Assembly: GCA_964529325.1 (NCBI GenBank)
Contig: CAZGWH010000001.1
Span: 66,872 to 130,871 of the forward strand
Direction of reading: 5' to 3'
DNA: 64,000 bases
Source: an uncultured bacterium
GTDB taxonomy: Bacteria > Fidelibacterota > Marinisomatia > SCGC-AAA003-L08 > GCA-2689995
Positions 49,917 through 60,100 of the stretch are shown in pieces. The notes under the pieces are model-generated. The model searched no databases. It saw nothing but the letters and a program-made list of their open reading frames with translations, and was not told the DNA's origin. Each line of letters starts with the position of its first letter. Within the stretch, counting starts at the first letter, position 1. The translations under genes and the position numbers were made by a program.

Positions 49917-51755
49917 GTGATTAATCGGTCAATATTAAAATCAATTCCCTCTCTTCCAGGTGTTTATTTCTTCAAAAATAAATCAAATGAAATTATATAT
50001 ATCGGGAAAGCAAAAATTCTAAAAAACCGTGTTCGCTCCTATTTTATCTCTTCGGGGCATGGTGGCTCAAAAACAGATATTCTTGTCAAAAATATTAATT
50101 CTATTGAATGGTTAGTCGTAAGAGATGAAGTTGAAGCAATTCTAACAGAAGCAAATCTAATAAAAGAACATCGACCTAAATATAATATTTTATTAAAAGA
50201 CGATAAATCATTTCCATATATTCAAATTACAAAAGAACAGTTTCCTCAAGTTATTTTAGTCAGGTTAAAAAAACTACCAATTGATGGTTCTCTTTTTTTT
50301 GGGCCATATACAGATGCTCGTCAACTTAGAGAATCACTAAAAATCATACATAAAATATTTCCGCTAAGAACTTGTAATTTCAATATTAATGACCAAAGTA
50401 TAATCGATAACAAATATCAAATATGTTTGGATTACCATATAAAAAGATGTGATGGTCCATGTGAAGGTTTTGTTTCTCAAAAAACATATAATGAAATGAT
50501 TAAGCTAATTATTCAATTTTTAAGAGGACGAGATCAAAAAATAAAAATTTATTTAAAATCTGAAATGGATAATGCAAGTAATGAACTTCGATTTGAAGAT
50601 GCCGTTCGGTTTAGAGATCAATATAATTCTATATCAAACTTTATGAAAAAACAAAAAAAAGTAACACAGGATGGTATAGACAGAGATGTTTTAGTCGCAA
50701 CTGCTGAAAATAAAATTGGCATGGGTGTTATTCTAAAAGTTAGAAATGGTTTTTTTATTGGGAAAGAAAAATTTAATCTATCCATTTCACTTCAGTCTAA
50801 TAATGAAGAAATAATTACCGAATTTTTCAGACAATATTATTCTTCGACAATGGATATACCAAAAGAAATATTAGTTGAACATACTATTGCAGATATAAAT
50901 GACCATATTTCTTGGCTTTCTAAAATTTCAAATAGAAAAATTTCAATTATTATTCCCAAAATTGGAGAAAAAAAACGATTAGTTGAAATTTGTAGAAAAA
51001 ACTGTGAATTACAATTAAAAGAAATATTAAATAAAAAAGAAAAAAGAAAAGAATTAATTCCAAATGCAGTTGAGCGATTAAAGGAAGATTTAAATATGTC
51101 AGTCCCACCCAGACGAATTGAAGGATTTGATAATTCCAATATTCAAGGTGCTTTCCCAGTAGCTGGAATGGTATGTTTTATTGATGGAAAACCAATGAAG
51201 AAGGAATATCGTAAATTTAATATTAAATCTGTTGATGGCCCTGATGATTTTAAATCAATGTATGAAGTTGTTTCAAGGAGATATTCTCGTGTAATTAAAG
51301 AAAAACGACCATTGCCAGATTTAATTTTAATTGATGGCGGAAAAGGCCAACTATCGGTAGCAAAATCAGCGTTAGATCACTTAGGTTTAGGATTTATTAT
51401 AGTTATTGGTTTAGCTAAAAAATTAGAGGAAGTATTTCTCCCCCATTTTTCAGAACCTCAAAATATTGCAAAACATTCTCCAGGGTTATTATTATTGCGA
51501 CGAATTAGAGATGAAGTTCATCGCTATGCAATTTCTTTTCACAGACAAAAACGGAATAAAGCACAAAATAAATCAATTTTATTAACAATTCCAGGAATGG
51601 GTAAAAATAGAGTGGTATCATTTTGGAATACATTTAAATCATTTAATGATGTAAACGATTTATCTGCTGAAGAAATTCAAAGTAAAACGAATATTCCGAT
51701 AAAAATTTGTGAAAAAATATTAGTTCTAATTAATAAGAAAAACGAAAAGAATTAA
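49917..51755 (+). CDS. uvrC: Excinuclease ABC subunit C
   Basis: GTG start. GIY-YIG domain (GVYFFKNKSNEIIYIGKA), UVR domain (FEDAVRFRDQ), and endonuclease/HhH regions. 612 aa. Confidence 0.95.
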   Translation: MINRSILKSIPSLPGVYFFKNKSNEIIYIGKAKILKNRVRSYFISSGHGGSKTDILVKNINSIEWLVVRDEVEAILTEANLIKEHRPKYNILLKDDKSFPYIQITKEQFPQVILVRLKKLPIDGSLFFGPYTDARQLRESLKIIHKIFPLRTCNFNINDQSIIDNKYQICLDYHIKRCDGPCEGFVSQKTYNEMIKLIIQFLRGRDQKIKIYLKSEMDNASNELRFEDAVRFRDQYNSISNFMKKQKKVTQDGIDRDVLVATAENKIGMGVILKVRNGFFIGKEKFNLSISLQSNNEEIITEFFRQYYSSTMDIPKEILVEHTIADINDHISWLSKISNRKISIIIPKIGEKKRLVEICRKNCELQLKEILNKKEKRKELIPNAVERLKEDLNMSVPPRRIEGFDNSNIQGAFPVAGMVCFIDGKPMKKEYRKFNIKSVDGPDDFKSMYEVVSRRYSRVIKEKRPLPDLILIDGGKGQLSVAKSALDHLGLGFIIVIGLAKKLEEVFLPHFSEPQNIAKHSPGLLLLRRIRDEVHRYAISFHRQKRNKAQNKSILLTIPGMGKNRVVSFWNTFKSFNDVNDLSAEEIQSKTNIPIKICEKILVLINKKNEKN

Positions 51756-51765
51756 AAATAATTTA

Positions 51766-54700
51766 TTATTTCATTAACACAATTTTCTGTGAAGATTGAA
51801 ATAAATCACTTTTAAAATTAACAATATATACGCCACTTGGATGATTTACAGCATTCCATTTAATTGTATGATATCCTGATTCAATATGTCCATCTATTAG
51901 TGTTTCAATTAATCGACCGTTGAGGTCAAATATCTGTAGAGACATTGCGTGTAATGTCTCAGGTATACCAAATTTAATTGTTGTTTCAGGATTAAATGGA
52001 TTAGGATATGCATTTGATAATTTCCACTTCTCTGGAATCACATCTTGAATATCCATTAACTTTTCAATAGATGTTACGCCTAAAGGTGACCATGGATAAA
52101 TTTTATTTGAATATCTATCTTCTGTTAAATTTATTTCAATACCATTATTTTTTATTAGTGTAAATTCAGGTGTATCTCCTATTTCACAGAATCCATCTGT
52201 ATCTTCAGTTAAATCTTTCCCCATTACAGGGATAGCTGAATGTTTACCATTCCATAACCCCGATCCCACATACACATCATTACAATAGGCAAGGATTATA
52301 TCTCCATTTTCTGCATTGTCAATTTCTTCAATTAAGTAAAATGCTTGCTCTGTTGATTGTACAAATTGGTATTCTTCTGGTATTTGATATGTCTCTTCCA
52401 TTCCAAGACCACTACTTTGTGGATTTGCACAATTATCATTTCCCCATGCAAACTGTGGATGTTCACCAATTCCATTTAGCCAATACCCTTTACTATTTTG
52501 CAATGAAACTAAATTTCCACTCCAACCATCTATGGTTTTAAATAAACCAAGTCCCTGGCCTAAAATGAAGTTGAAATTTTCCGTCGCATATTGTTCTCCT
52601 CCTAATGCTTCTAATGTAGCAATATTACCTTCACCCCATTTAAATGAAACTAAGTTATTTCCGTCTGAAAGTCCATATTCTTCACAGTTATTTATCATTT
52701 GTGAATATGAAATCTCCCGAGTTTGTGCTTCATCACCTTCATAATTTACCCAGTATCCTGAATACTTGTTTAAATTAACTAAATTACCACTCCATCCTTC
52801 ATTAGTATTAAAAATACCAAGACCCTGGCCAAGTATGAAATTAACTTCACTAGTTCCATTTAAAATATTTTCTAAAAAATTAATACTATTATTATCTTCT
52901 AATTCTCCAGGAAAACTCACAAGATTATTACCACCTTGAAAATCAATAATTACAATTTGACCATTATTAACTGTTACATCAAATCCATCAGTTATCGTCT
53001 CAACACCATCAGATATAGTGTAACTAATTGAATATACTTGTCCTGCATTTTCTTCGAGAGGAGACCAATTTATAATACTTCCTTCAATAACCATTCCTTC
53101 AGGTCCTGATATAAATGAGAAACTAATATCATCACCATCTACATCTTCTACTATAATTTGATATTGGTAAATTGATCCAACATAGGCATACACAATTGGA
53201 GATGATAATATTTCAGGTGCATCATTTACAGCAGAAATAGATATAGCCAATACCCTTGAATATATATTATGCTCTTCCTGTCCATCATTTGCTGTAATGG
53301 TAATATTTTCTTCTCCATTGGCATTTTCAATAGCAGTTATTATAAGATTACCATTGTCGTCTAATGTAATATTTACTAAATTAGATTCCGATGTTGTAAA
53401 ACTTATAACTTGATTAGACTCATTTTCAGGATGATTTATTTCTGTGGTAATGTTAATTATTTCGGTAAAATCTTCCGTTTGTTCAATACTTGTTGCACTC
53501 AAATTAAATTGAGGCATATCATTTACAGAAGTTACGATTAATGTAAATTCAGTTGTACTACTTTTTTGATTATTTTCATCATCATCTGTTGCAGTTAATG
53601 TAAGTGTTTCAGTTCCAAAATAGTCTTGCATTAAATTAAAACTCATTAACCCATTTGAAAATGAAATAACCGAGCCATTATTTCCAGAAACAGCAAACTC
53701 CATATTTGTAAATTCTGTACCTATGTCAGATACATAATCTTCAAGATTAATTGAAAAAACATCACTGTCTTCTTCTACGCTTATACTCGGTATTGCTGTA
53801 ATAACTGGCGTATCATTATTTACCGTTAGAAAAATTTCAGTCGTGGCTGAATATTCATGCAAAGAACCGACATCAGTTGCAATGATTTGCAATGCAGAAC
53901 TACCTGTCCATGTGGGATCTACAGCAGTTATAAAACCATTGACTTGGTCAGAAAAATCAACAAGGAAAAATCCTGCATTAATTAAATAAGGATTATCAGG
54001 TATTCCATTACTTGAATTTGCTGAAAATGTTAAATTTGCACTGGTGGGATATATATTTCCTCTTAAATCATCAAAGAATTTAAATTTAATTTCCTGTCCA
54101 TTTGTATTGGAGTAAATGGTCATAAAATATACCCAATTACCTGCAAAATCAATTGCAGTAGCAACTCCTCTAAGTTCACCATTACTAAATGCACCTAAAA
54201 TATGACTATTTCCTATTGCAGGGTCACCACCTGATTTAACAGACGCGGTAATGGTCATTGAAAGTTCAAAACCCGCTGGATTAATATTCCATGTTGGAGC
54301 AGGTAATGGTGATTCAAGAGCAGGAAAATCATATTCCCATGCAATATCATCACCGTCAAGTTCAATGATATTATCATTTAAATTTATAGGTGTAAAACTC
54401 TGTCCTATTTCTATTTCTTGGTCTGGGAAATTATCAAGAGAAGGTGCATGGTCTAAAGGTAATATTGAAAATATTACACCTTGTGAACCTGAAAATGATA
54501 ACTCAGATTGATCTGTTGCAGTAAAGAAAATTGTTTCGTTGCCAAGCCATTCATTATTTAATGGTGTAATTGTCGCAATACCATCAGTTAAGTTAACACT
54601 TAGATTCGTGTTCCCACTAGATGACCACTGTATTGGGTCATCATCTACTTCAAGTAAAAAGTCATTTAAATTAATATCATTAAATCCAATACCTTGCTCA

Positions 54701-56988
54701 GTGATTTGGTTTTCAATACCTTCTACAACTGGCATGTGATCAGGTATAATTGTAAGAGTCACGGTATTACTTGCTGAGTAATTATTAAGTGTTCCTTGAT
54801 CTGTTGCTGTAAAAGATATACTCTCTACACCATGCCACTCAGGATCAACAATGGTAAAACCAGCCATATCATTTTCATCAATATCAACCAGTATTGCACC
54901 TGCTTTTAATCCAAGTGGATTCTCAGGTTCTCCCTGTGCAGTATTTGCTGAAAATATTATACTTTGATTGACAGGTAATATTCTACTTGAATTATCATCA
55001 AAAAATTTAAGTTTTATCTCTTCTCCATTCCCATTGGCATATATGGTTAAAAAATACATCCATTTTCCAAAGACAGGAAGTGCAGTAGTCACTCCTCGTA
55101 GTTCTCCATTTGAGAATGCACCCAGGGAATGACTAAATCCTTCTGTCTCAACACCTAATGCTTCTACAGTCGCAGTTATTGTCATTGATAATTCATAATC
55201 AGATGCATTTACATTCCAGTTTGGATTACTCTCTGTATTCTCTTGAGCGTCAAAGGCATAACTCCATTTAACATCATGTCCATCGATTTCTGTTAAATGA
55301 TTATTTAAATCAATATCATCAAACATGCCAAAAAAACCAATCAATTGACTATCCATTGCAGTTACCTCTGGAGCATTATCTGGAATAAGTACGGTAAATG
55401 TAACTTCATCAACGCTAAAAAATTGACTCTCCGTTTGATCTGTTGCGGTAAATGTAACCGTCTCAAAGCCTATAAAATCAGTAAAGCTGATTGTAGCAAT
55501 GCCACCTATTATGCTAATATCTAAATTTGTATTTCCAGATACGGTCCATACTATATCATCACCATCCACTTCCGTTAAATAATCATTTAAATTAATACTT
55601 GTAAAGTTTCCATCACCTTCAATTGTTTGGTTGGGTATATCACTTACCACTGGATTATGATCTGGAAGTACAGTAAATACTACTGGATCTGATGCTTCAT
55701 AATTATTAAGTGTCAATGGTTCAACCGCTCTAAAAGATACCGTTTCACTACCTGTCCATTCAGTATCAACAATACTTATAGATGCAATATCATCTTGAAT
55801 ATCAATAAGTAGTCGTGCAGAATTAATTTCATACGGATATTCAGGATCGCCCAGTGCAGCATTTGCTTCAAAAGAAACCACTTCTACACTAGGAAGTAAA
55901 AATTGATCATTACCATTATAAAACTTAAATTTAATTTCATCATTATTTGAGTTTGCATATACGGTTAAAAAGTAAACATCATGTCCCAGTACATATAAAG
56001 ATGTTGCTGTCCCTCTACATTCATTACCTACAAATGCTCCCAAAACATGACTATTCCCTATCGCTTCAATACCATTACTATTTACAATGGCGGTAAATGT
56101 CATACTAAGTTCATAATCAGATGCATTTACTTCCCATGACGGATATGCTTCATTTTCTATTTGAGGTAATATGGTATATTCCCAATTAATAACATCACCA
56201 TCTTCTTCAATCAGATAATCAGATAAATTAATATGTGCAAATGTTCCACCTGCACCAACAGTTTGGTTTGGAATATCTATTAAGGCAGGTTCATTATCAA
56301 TGCCCCATATTGTAAATATTGCTGTAGTTGAAGCAGATAGTAAAGCGTCTGTATTATCCGTTATGGTAAAAGTAATTGCTTCATTACCTGTCCATTCACT
56401 ATTTACAGGAGTAATAGTTACCGTATTATCATTTGCAATTGTTACCGATAAATATTCATTACCACTAATTGATATCGTAACATTATCCTCATCTTGTAGA
56501 TAAATAAAATCATCTAAATCAAAGCTAGAAAAACTATTTCCAATTTCTATTTCTTGCTCGTAAATTGAATAAATAACAGGTGGGAAATCAAAACCAATAT
56601 ATCCACTAAACGCATACGGATTATCTGGCTGTCCCATACTTCCATTGGGAATAAATGCTTCACTATTTGTTAAATTATATTCACCATCGGTAAATACTCT
56701 AAATTCTAAATCTTCACCAGGCTGATTTGCATATACGGTAATAAAATATAAATAATTATCTAACGCATATATTGGCGTAGCAAATCCTCTACACTCATCG
56801 CCCACAAATACACCGACTTTATAATCAGCATGATCTACCACTTCATTATTAATATTTAGTGTACTGGTAAAAGTCATCGATAATGCAAAATCTGCAGGAT
56901 TATATTCCCAGTCTTGCGATACACCAACACTAAGTAATAAAATTATCTGTAATGAAAATAAATATGTTCTCATGATATTTCCGTTCAT
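51766..56988 (-). CDS. Giant modular T9SS-secreted surface protein (1740 aa)
   Basis: Signal peptide, then four copies of an uncharacterised ~105-aa domain alternating with Ig-like modules. Also VNDxP-delimited cadherin-like modules, a He_PIG-like Ig domain (ISFSFISGPEGMVIEGSIINWSP), two GNNL...GYW modules, and a T9SS CTD (YPNPFNPETTIKF...GVYIVNF...IVLMK). Confidence 0.8.
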   Translation of the reverse strand: MNGNIMRTYLFSLQIILLLSVGVSQDWEYNPADFALSMTFTSTLNINNEVVDHADYKVGVFVGDECRGFATPIYALDNYLYFITVYANQPGEDLEFRVFTDGEYNLTNSEAFIPNGSMGQPDNPYAFSGYIGFDFPPVIYSIYEQEIEIGNSFSSFDLDDFIYLQDEDNVTISISGNEYLSVTIANDNTVTITPVNSEWTGNEAITFTITDNTDALLSASTTAIFTIWGIDNEPALIDIPNQTVGAGGTFAHINLSDYLIEEDGDVINWEYTILPQIENEAYPSWEVNASDYELSMTFTAIVNSNGIEAIGNSHVLGAFVGNECRGTATSLYVLGHDVYFLTVYANSNNDEIKFKFYNGNDQFLLPSVEVVSFEANAALGDPEYPYEINSARLLIDIQDDIASISIVDTEWTGSETVSFRAVEPLTLNNYEASDPVVFTVLPDHNPVVSDIPNQTIEGDGNFTSINLNDYLTEVDGDDIVWTVSGNTNLDISIIGGIATISFTDFIGFETVTFTATDQTESQFFSVDEVTFTVLIPDNAPEVTAMDSQLIGFFGMFDDIDLNNHLTEIDGHDVKWSYAFDAQENTESNPNWNVNASDYELSMTITATVEALGVETEGFSHSLGAFSNGELRGVTTALPVFGKWMYFLTIYANGNGEEIKLKFFDDNSSRILPVNQSIIFSANTAQGEPENPLGLKAGAILVDIDENDMAGFTIVDPEWHGVESISFTATDQGTLNNYSASNTVTLTIIPDHMPVVEGIENQITEQGIGFNDINLNDFLLEVDDDPIQWSSSGNTNLSVNLTDGIATITPLNNEWLGNETIFFTATDQSELSFSGSQGVIFSILPLDHAPSLDNFPDQEIEIGQSFTPINLNDNIIELDGDDIAWEYDFPALESPLPAPTWNINPAGFELSMTITASVKSGGDPAIGNSHILGAFSNGELRGVATAIDFAGNWVYFMTIYSNTNGQEIKFKFFDDLRGNIYPTSANLTFSANSSNGIPDNPYLINAGFFLVDFSDQVNGFITAVDPTWTGSSALQIIATDVGSLHEYSATTEIFLTVNNDTPVITAIPSISVEEDSDVFSINLEDYVSDIGTEFTNMEFAVSGNNGSVISFSNGLMSFNLMQDYFGTETLTLTATDDDENNQKSSTTEFTLIVTSVNDMPQFNLSATSIEQTEDFTEIINITTEINHPENESNQVISFTTSESNLVNITLDDNGNLIITAIENANGEENITITANDGQEEHNIYSRVLAISISAVNDAPEILSSPIVYAYVGSIYQYQIIVEDVDGDDISFSFISGPEGMVIEGSIINWSPLEENAGQVYSISYTISDGVETITDGFDVTVNNGQIVIIDFQGGNNLVSFPGELEDNNSINFLENILNGTSEVNFILGQGLGIFNTNEGWSGNLVNLNKYSGYWVNYEGDEAQTREISYSQMINNCEEYGLSDGNNLVSFKWGEGNIATLEALGGEQYATENFNFILGQGLGLFKTIDGWSGNLVSLQNSKGYWLNGIGEHPQFAWGNDNCANPQSSGLGMEETYQIPEEYQFVQSTEQAFYLIEEIDNAENGDIILAYCNDVYVGSGLWNGKHSAIPVMGKDLTEDTDGFCEIGDTPEFTLIKNNGIEINLTEDRYSNKIYPWSPLGVTSIEKLMDIQDVIPEKWKLSNAYPNPFNPETTIKFGIPETLHAMSLQIFDLNGRLIETLIDGHIESGYHTIKWNAVNHPSGVYIVNFKSDLFQSSQKIVLMK
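53980..56913 (-). repeat. Four protein-level copies of a ~105-aa domain (W-x-[YV]-N-x-x-x-[FY]-[EA]-L-S-M-T ... [LV]G[AV]F ... [EG][CL]RG ... Y[FL][ILM]T[VI]Y[AS]N ... F[KR][FV][FY])
   Basis: Copies lie at about 56605-56913, 55825-56136, 54913-55221 and 53980-54294. Copies 2-4 are spaced about 305 aa apart, forming a super-repeat with two Ig-like modules. Coordinates were derived by residue counting and checked at the W codon 55216-55218. Confidence 0.7.
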
Positions 56989-57003
56989 ATCTTTTTAGAT
57001 GAT

Positions 57004-57057
57004 AAAAAGGGGTAATGGACAAAATTCAATTTGGAGGAACACCCACTACCCTTTTTT
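57004..57057 (-). terminator. Hairpin with flanking A/T runs immediately upstream of the 1740-aa gene start
   Basis: GGGTAATGG (57010-18) pairs with CCACTACCC (57043-51) with one A.C mismatch and a ~24-nt loop. It is flanked by A5 and T7, so it looks like a terminator in either orientation. On the minus strand the T-run ends about 12 nt before the ATG at 56988. Confidence 0.4.
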
Positions 57058-57074
57058 TCTCCTCTTCCTAAATT

Positions 57075-57134
57075 TTAATAAAAAGAGTAGAGTGTCAAAA
57101 TTAACTAACCTAACTGTAGGAATTTTGACACTCT
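57075..57134 (-). terminator. Rho-independent terminator of the >2283-aa gene
   Basis: A perfect 14-bp stem AGAGTGTCAAAATT (57089-57102) / AATTTTGACACTCT (57121-57134) with an 18-nt loop. On the minus strand it is followed by ACTCTTTTTATT. Confidence 0.7.
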
Positions 57135-57149
57135 CTTTTCTCCTCTATA

Positions 57150-60100
57150 TTATTTCAATAATACCATTTTTTTAACGCTGTTATACGCAGGAGTAATCAT
57201 CCTGTAAAAATAAACACCGTTTGAAAGTGGTAATCCTGACATATCACTTGCATTCCATACAATGGTATGATAGCCAGCTTCCATCTGTCCATTCACAAGT
57301 TCAGTTACCATTCGTCCCTTTAAGTCATACACTGCAATTGATACCTGTGCATTATCTGGAAGATCAAAACTAATCGTTGTTTCTGGGTTAAATGGGTTTG
57401 GATAGTTCTGAGCCAAGTTATAACTCATTGGTACAAAGCGTACTTCATATTCAAGTTGTGCACCAGATCTATCAACCACAATAATATTACTTATTGTTTG
57501 TATATCATCAGTTGTAAATAGTATTCCATCATTAATGCCTTTTCCATTGGTATTCATCATCACTGTTTTAAGTGAACCATTCATATTATGAGTAAAGAAC
57601 TCATGTTTAGAATCGATCATTTCGATTCCTGGTAAGTCAAACTGGATACCTGCGATATTATTACTTGATGTAATGTAAACTTCATTACCCTGTACTTTAA
57701 TATCAACAACTAAATCATTATCTGCTCTTACCATTGGAATATCTAAGATGATAGATACCATCTCTACAATGTCAGCAACATTGATATCTTCATCACTGTT
57801 GATATCTGCGACTGCAAATTCATGCACTGAAGGTTGTTCTACATCTAAAATGTAGTTTACCGTTTGTAATACATCAATCACATTTAGAACACCATCAAAT
57901 GATACATCACCCACGGGTGGTTCTGCATTTAAGCTAAATGGAGTAAGTACATCACCTACATTTGCATTTGCAGAAAATGCAGTCTGCTCATAAACTGACC
58001 AGATAATATCATCTTCGGCATCAAACAATTTATAATAAATATCCTCATTTGGTGTATTACTATAAACCATTAAGAATGCTGAATATCTATCTAATGATTC
58101 AATGTATATCGGTTGTGCAACACCTCTGCACTCTTCAACCATTCCATTTTCAGTTTCAACAAGCGTAAATGCACCAATCATATCAGTTTCACTATTTAAT
58201 GATAATCCATTTACAAGCCCAGTTGCAGTCACTGTCATACTATGTTCATATTGATTTACATTCACATTCCAATTTGGAGCATTTAATGCAAGTGGTGATT
58301 CATAGATTTCGTCTATTTCATCACTATCTCTACCCGAAAGTTCAAATGGATAATTTAAATCACCATCCCAAAGAGATTTTAACATATATCCCTGTTTGGG
58401 TGACATATAATTAAGCGACCCAATCCAACCTAAACCTTCAACAAACATGGAGAATGCAAATTGACTTTTCACAATATCACCCGTTGCTGAATTTAATGAT
58501 TCAAGTGCATCATTTACAGGCATACTAAATTGAGAAGAATAACCCACCCAATTCCAACCTGGAACCACTTTTACAGTATCAAGTTCAACATTCACAGGAT
58601 AACCGACCATTTCCATTTCATCTGGATTGGTTAAGTTAATTAAATACATCGACTCATTTGAAAACTCAGATAGTGTTCCTACCCAACCAAAGCCAGAAAC
58701 ATATTGAGCAAACGAAGTCTGATCTTTTATTTGATCACCACCCGCTGGATTCATATTCGATAAAATATTATCCAAGCTCATATCATCATTTTCTAAATTA
58801 AGTGAAAACCAAGTATAACCAGCAGGATAATCCATTGATGAAATAACCTGACTTGTTGCTGTAATAGTTGCTGGACTTGTCGGTGTACCATGAGAGGCAT
58901 TGGCCTCAAATGTATATGTCTCATCAATCCACCCAAGTTCTCTACAATCTGACGCATCCCATACTCTAAATGAAAGCGCTTCACCTGATGGTTGATTGGA
59001 GTACACTGTTAAAAATACTTCATACGCATGAGTATTTGCTAAATCATCTAATGCTTGAATATAATCAACTCGTGCAATACCACGCATTTCATCACCCACA
59101 AATACACCTACAATATCATAAGCATCCTCAGAAAGTTCACCTTCAGTAGATAATGTAGCTGTAATATTCATGGTATATTGATAACTTGCAGGATTTAATG
59201 TCCATTCAGGTTCGTAACATAATTTACGAATATCAATATTCATTGGCTCATCACCCATGGTTCCTGATGCATAAAGCGTAGTTTGATATTGACCAAAATC
59301 AAGGCCTTCTACTAAACTAATTGAAACATCTTGAGCAGACCCAGGAGTAAGCGTTCCATTTAATGGAGATACTTCTAACCATGCTGGTAAAGGTAGTGCA
59401 TCACCACTTGGGATTGCACCTTCCCGTCCATTAATCATTTCATACGACCGATTTGAGCCACCATTATTGACGAGTTGTCTCTGTGTAGAATATTCTTCAT
59501 CCACCCAAATTACAATATTATCAATATTGGTTCCAGACCATTCGATTGGATTTCGATTTACAAAAAATTCCCATACAACGGGCTCTGTACGCGTATTCCC
59601 ATACATATCTTGAAGATTATGAATCTCGGCTCTAAATGTTTGATTTTCAATCCAGCTATTTGCTGGAGCAGGTTCAATCGTAATTGTATTAAACCCACAT
59701 GTATAGGTGAAGTCCAATGGATTACCTGTAACGGTATTAAATAATTGAATATCTCCTGCACCTTGATTAATTTCACCACATTGAACATCTTCATCAAATG
59801 ATGCACCAATAAAATCATCACTTGCTAAAATACCACCTGCTGGTTCTGTTAACCCAAAGACCTGAGGTGCTGACCTGTCAATCAATCCAGTAACCACTTC
59901 AGATGTACCTGCATATTTACCTTCTGTACATTGTGCTTGAGTACGCAATTCATATTCTCCATCAATTACAATTTCTGGATCTATATTAAATGGTAGTAAT
60001 ACATAATCATCAATCAAATCAACTGTTGGAATAGATTGAGTTGAAAACCAATCCCCTCCATCCGCTGGACGATATTGTAAATCAATATCAGTGAAGAATG

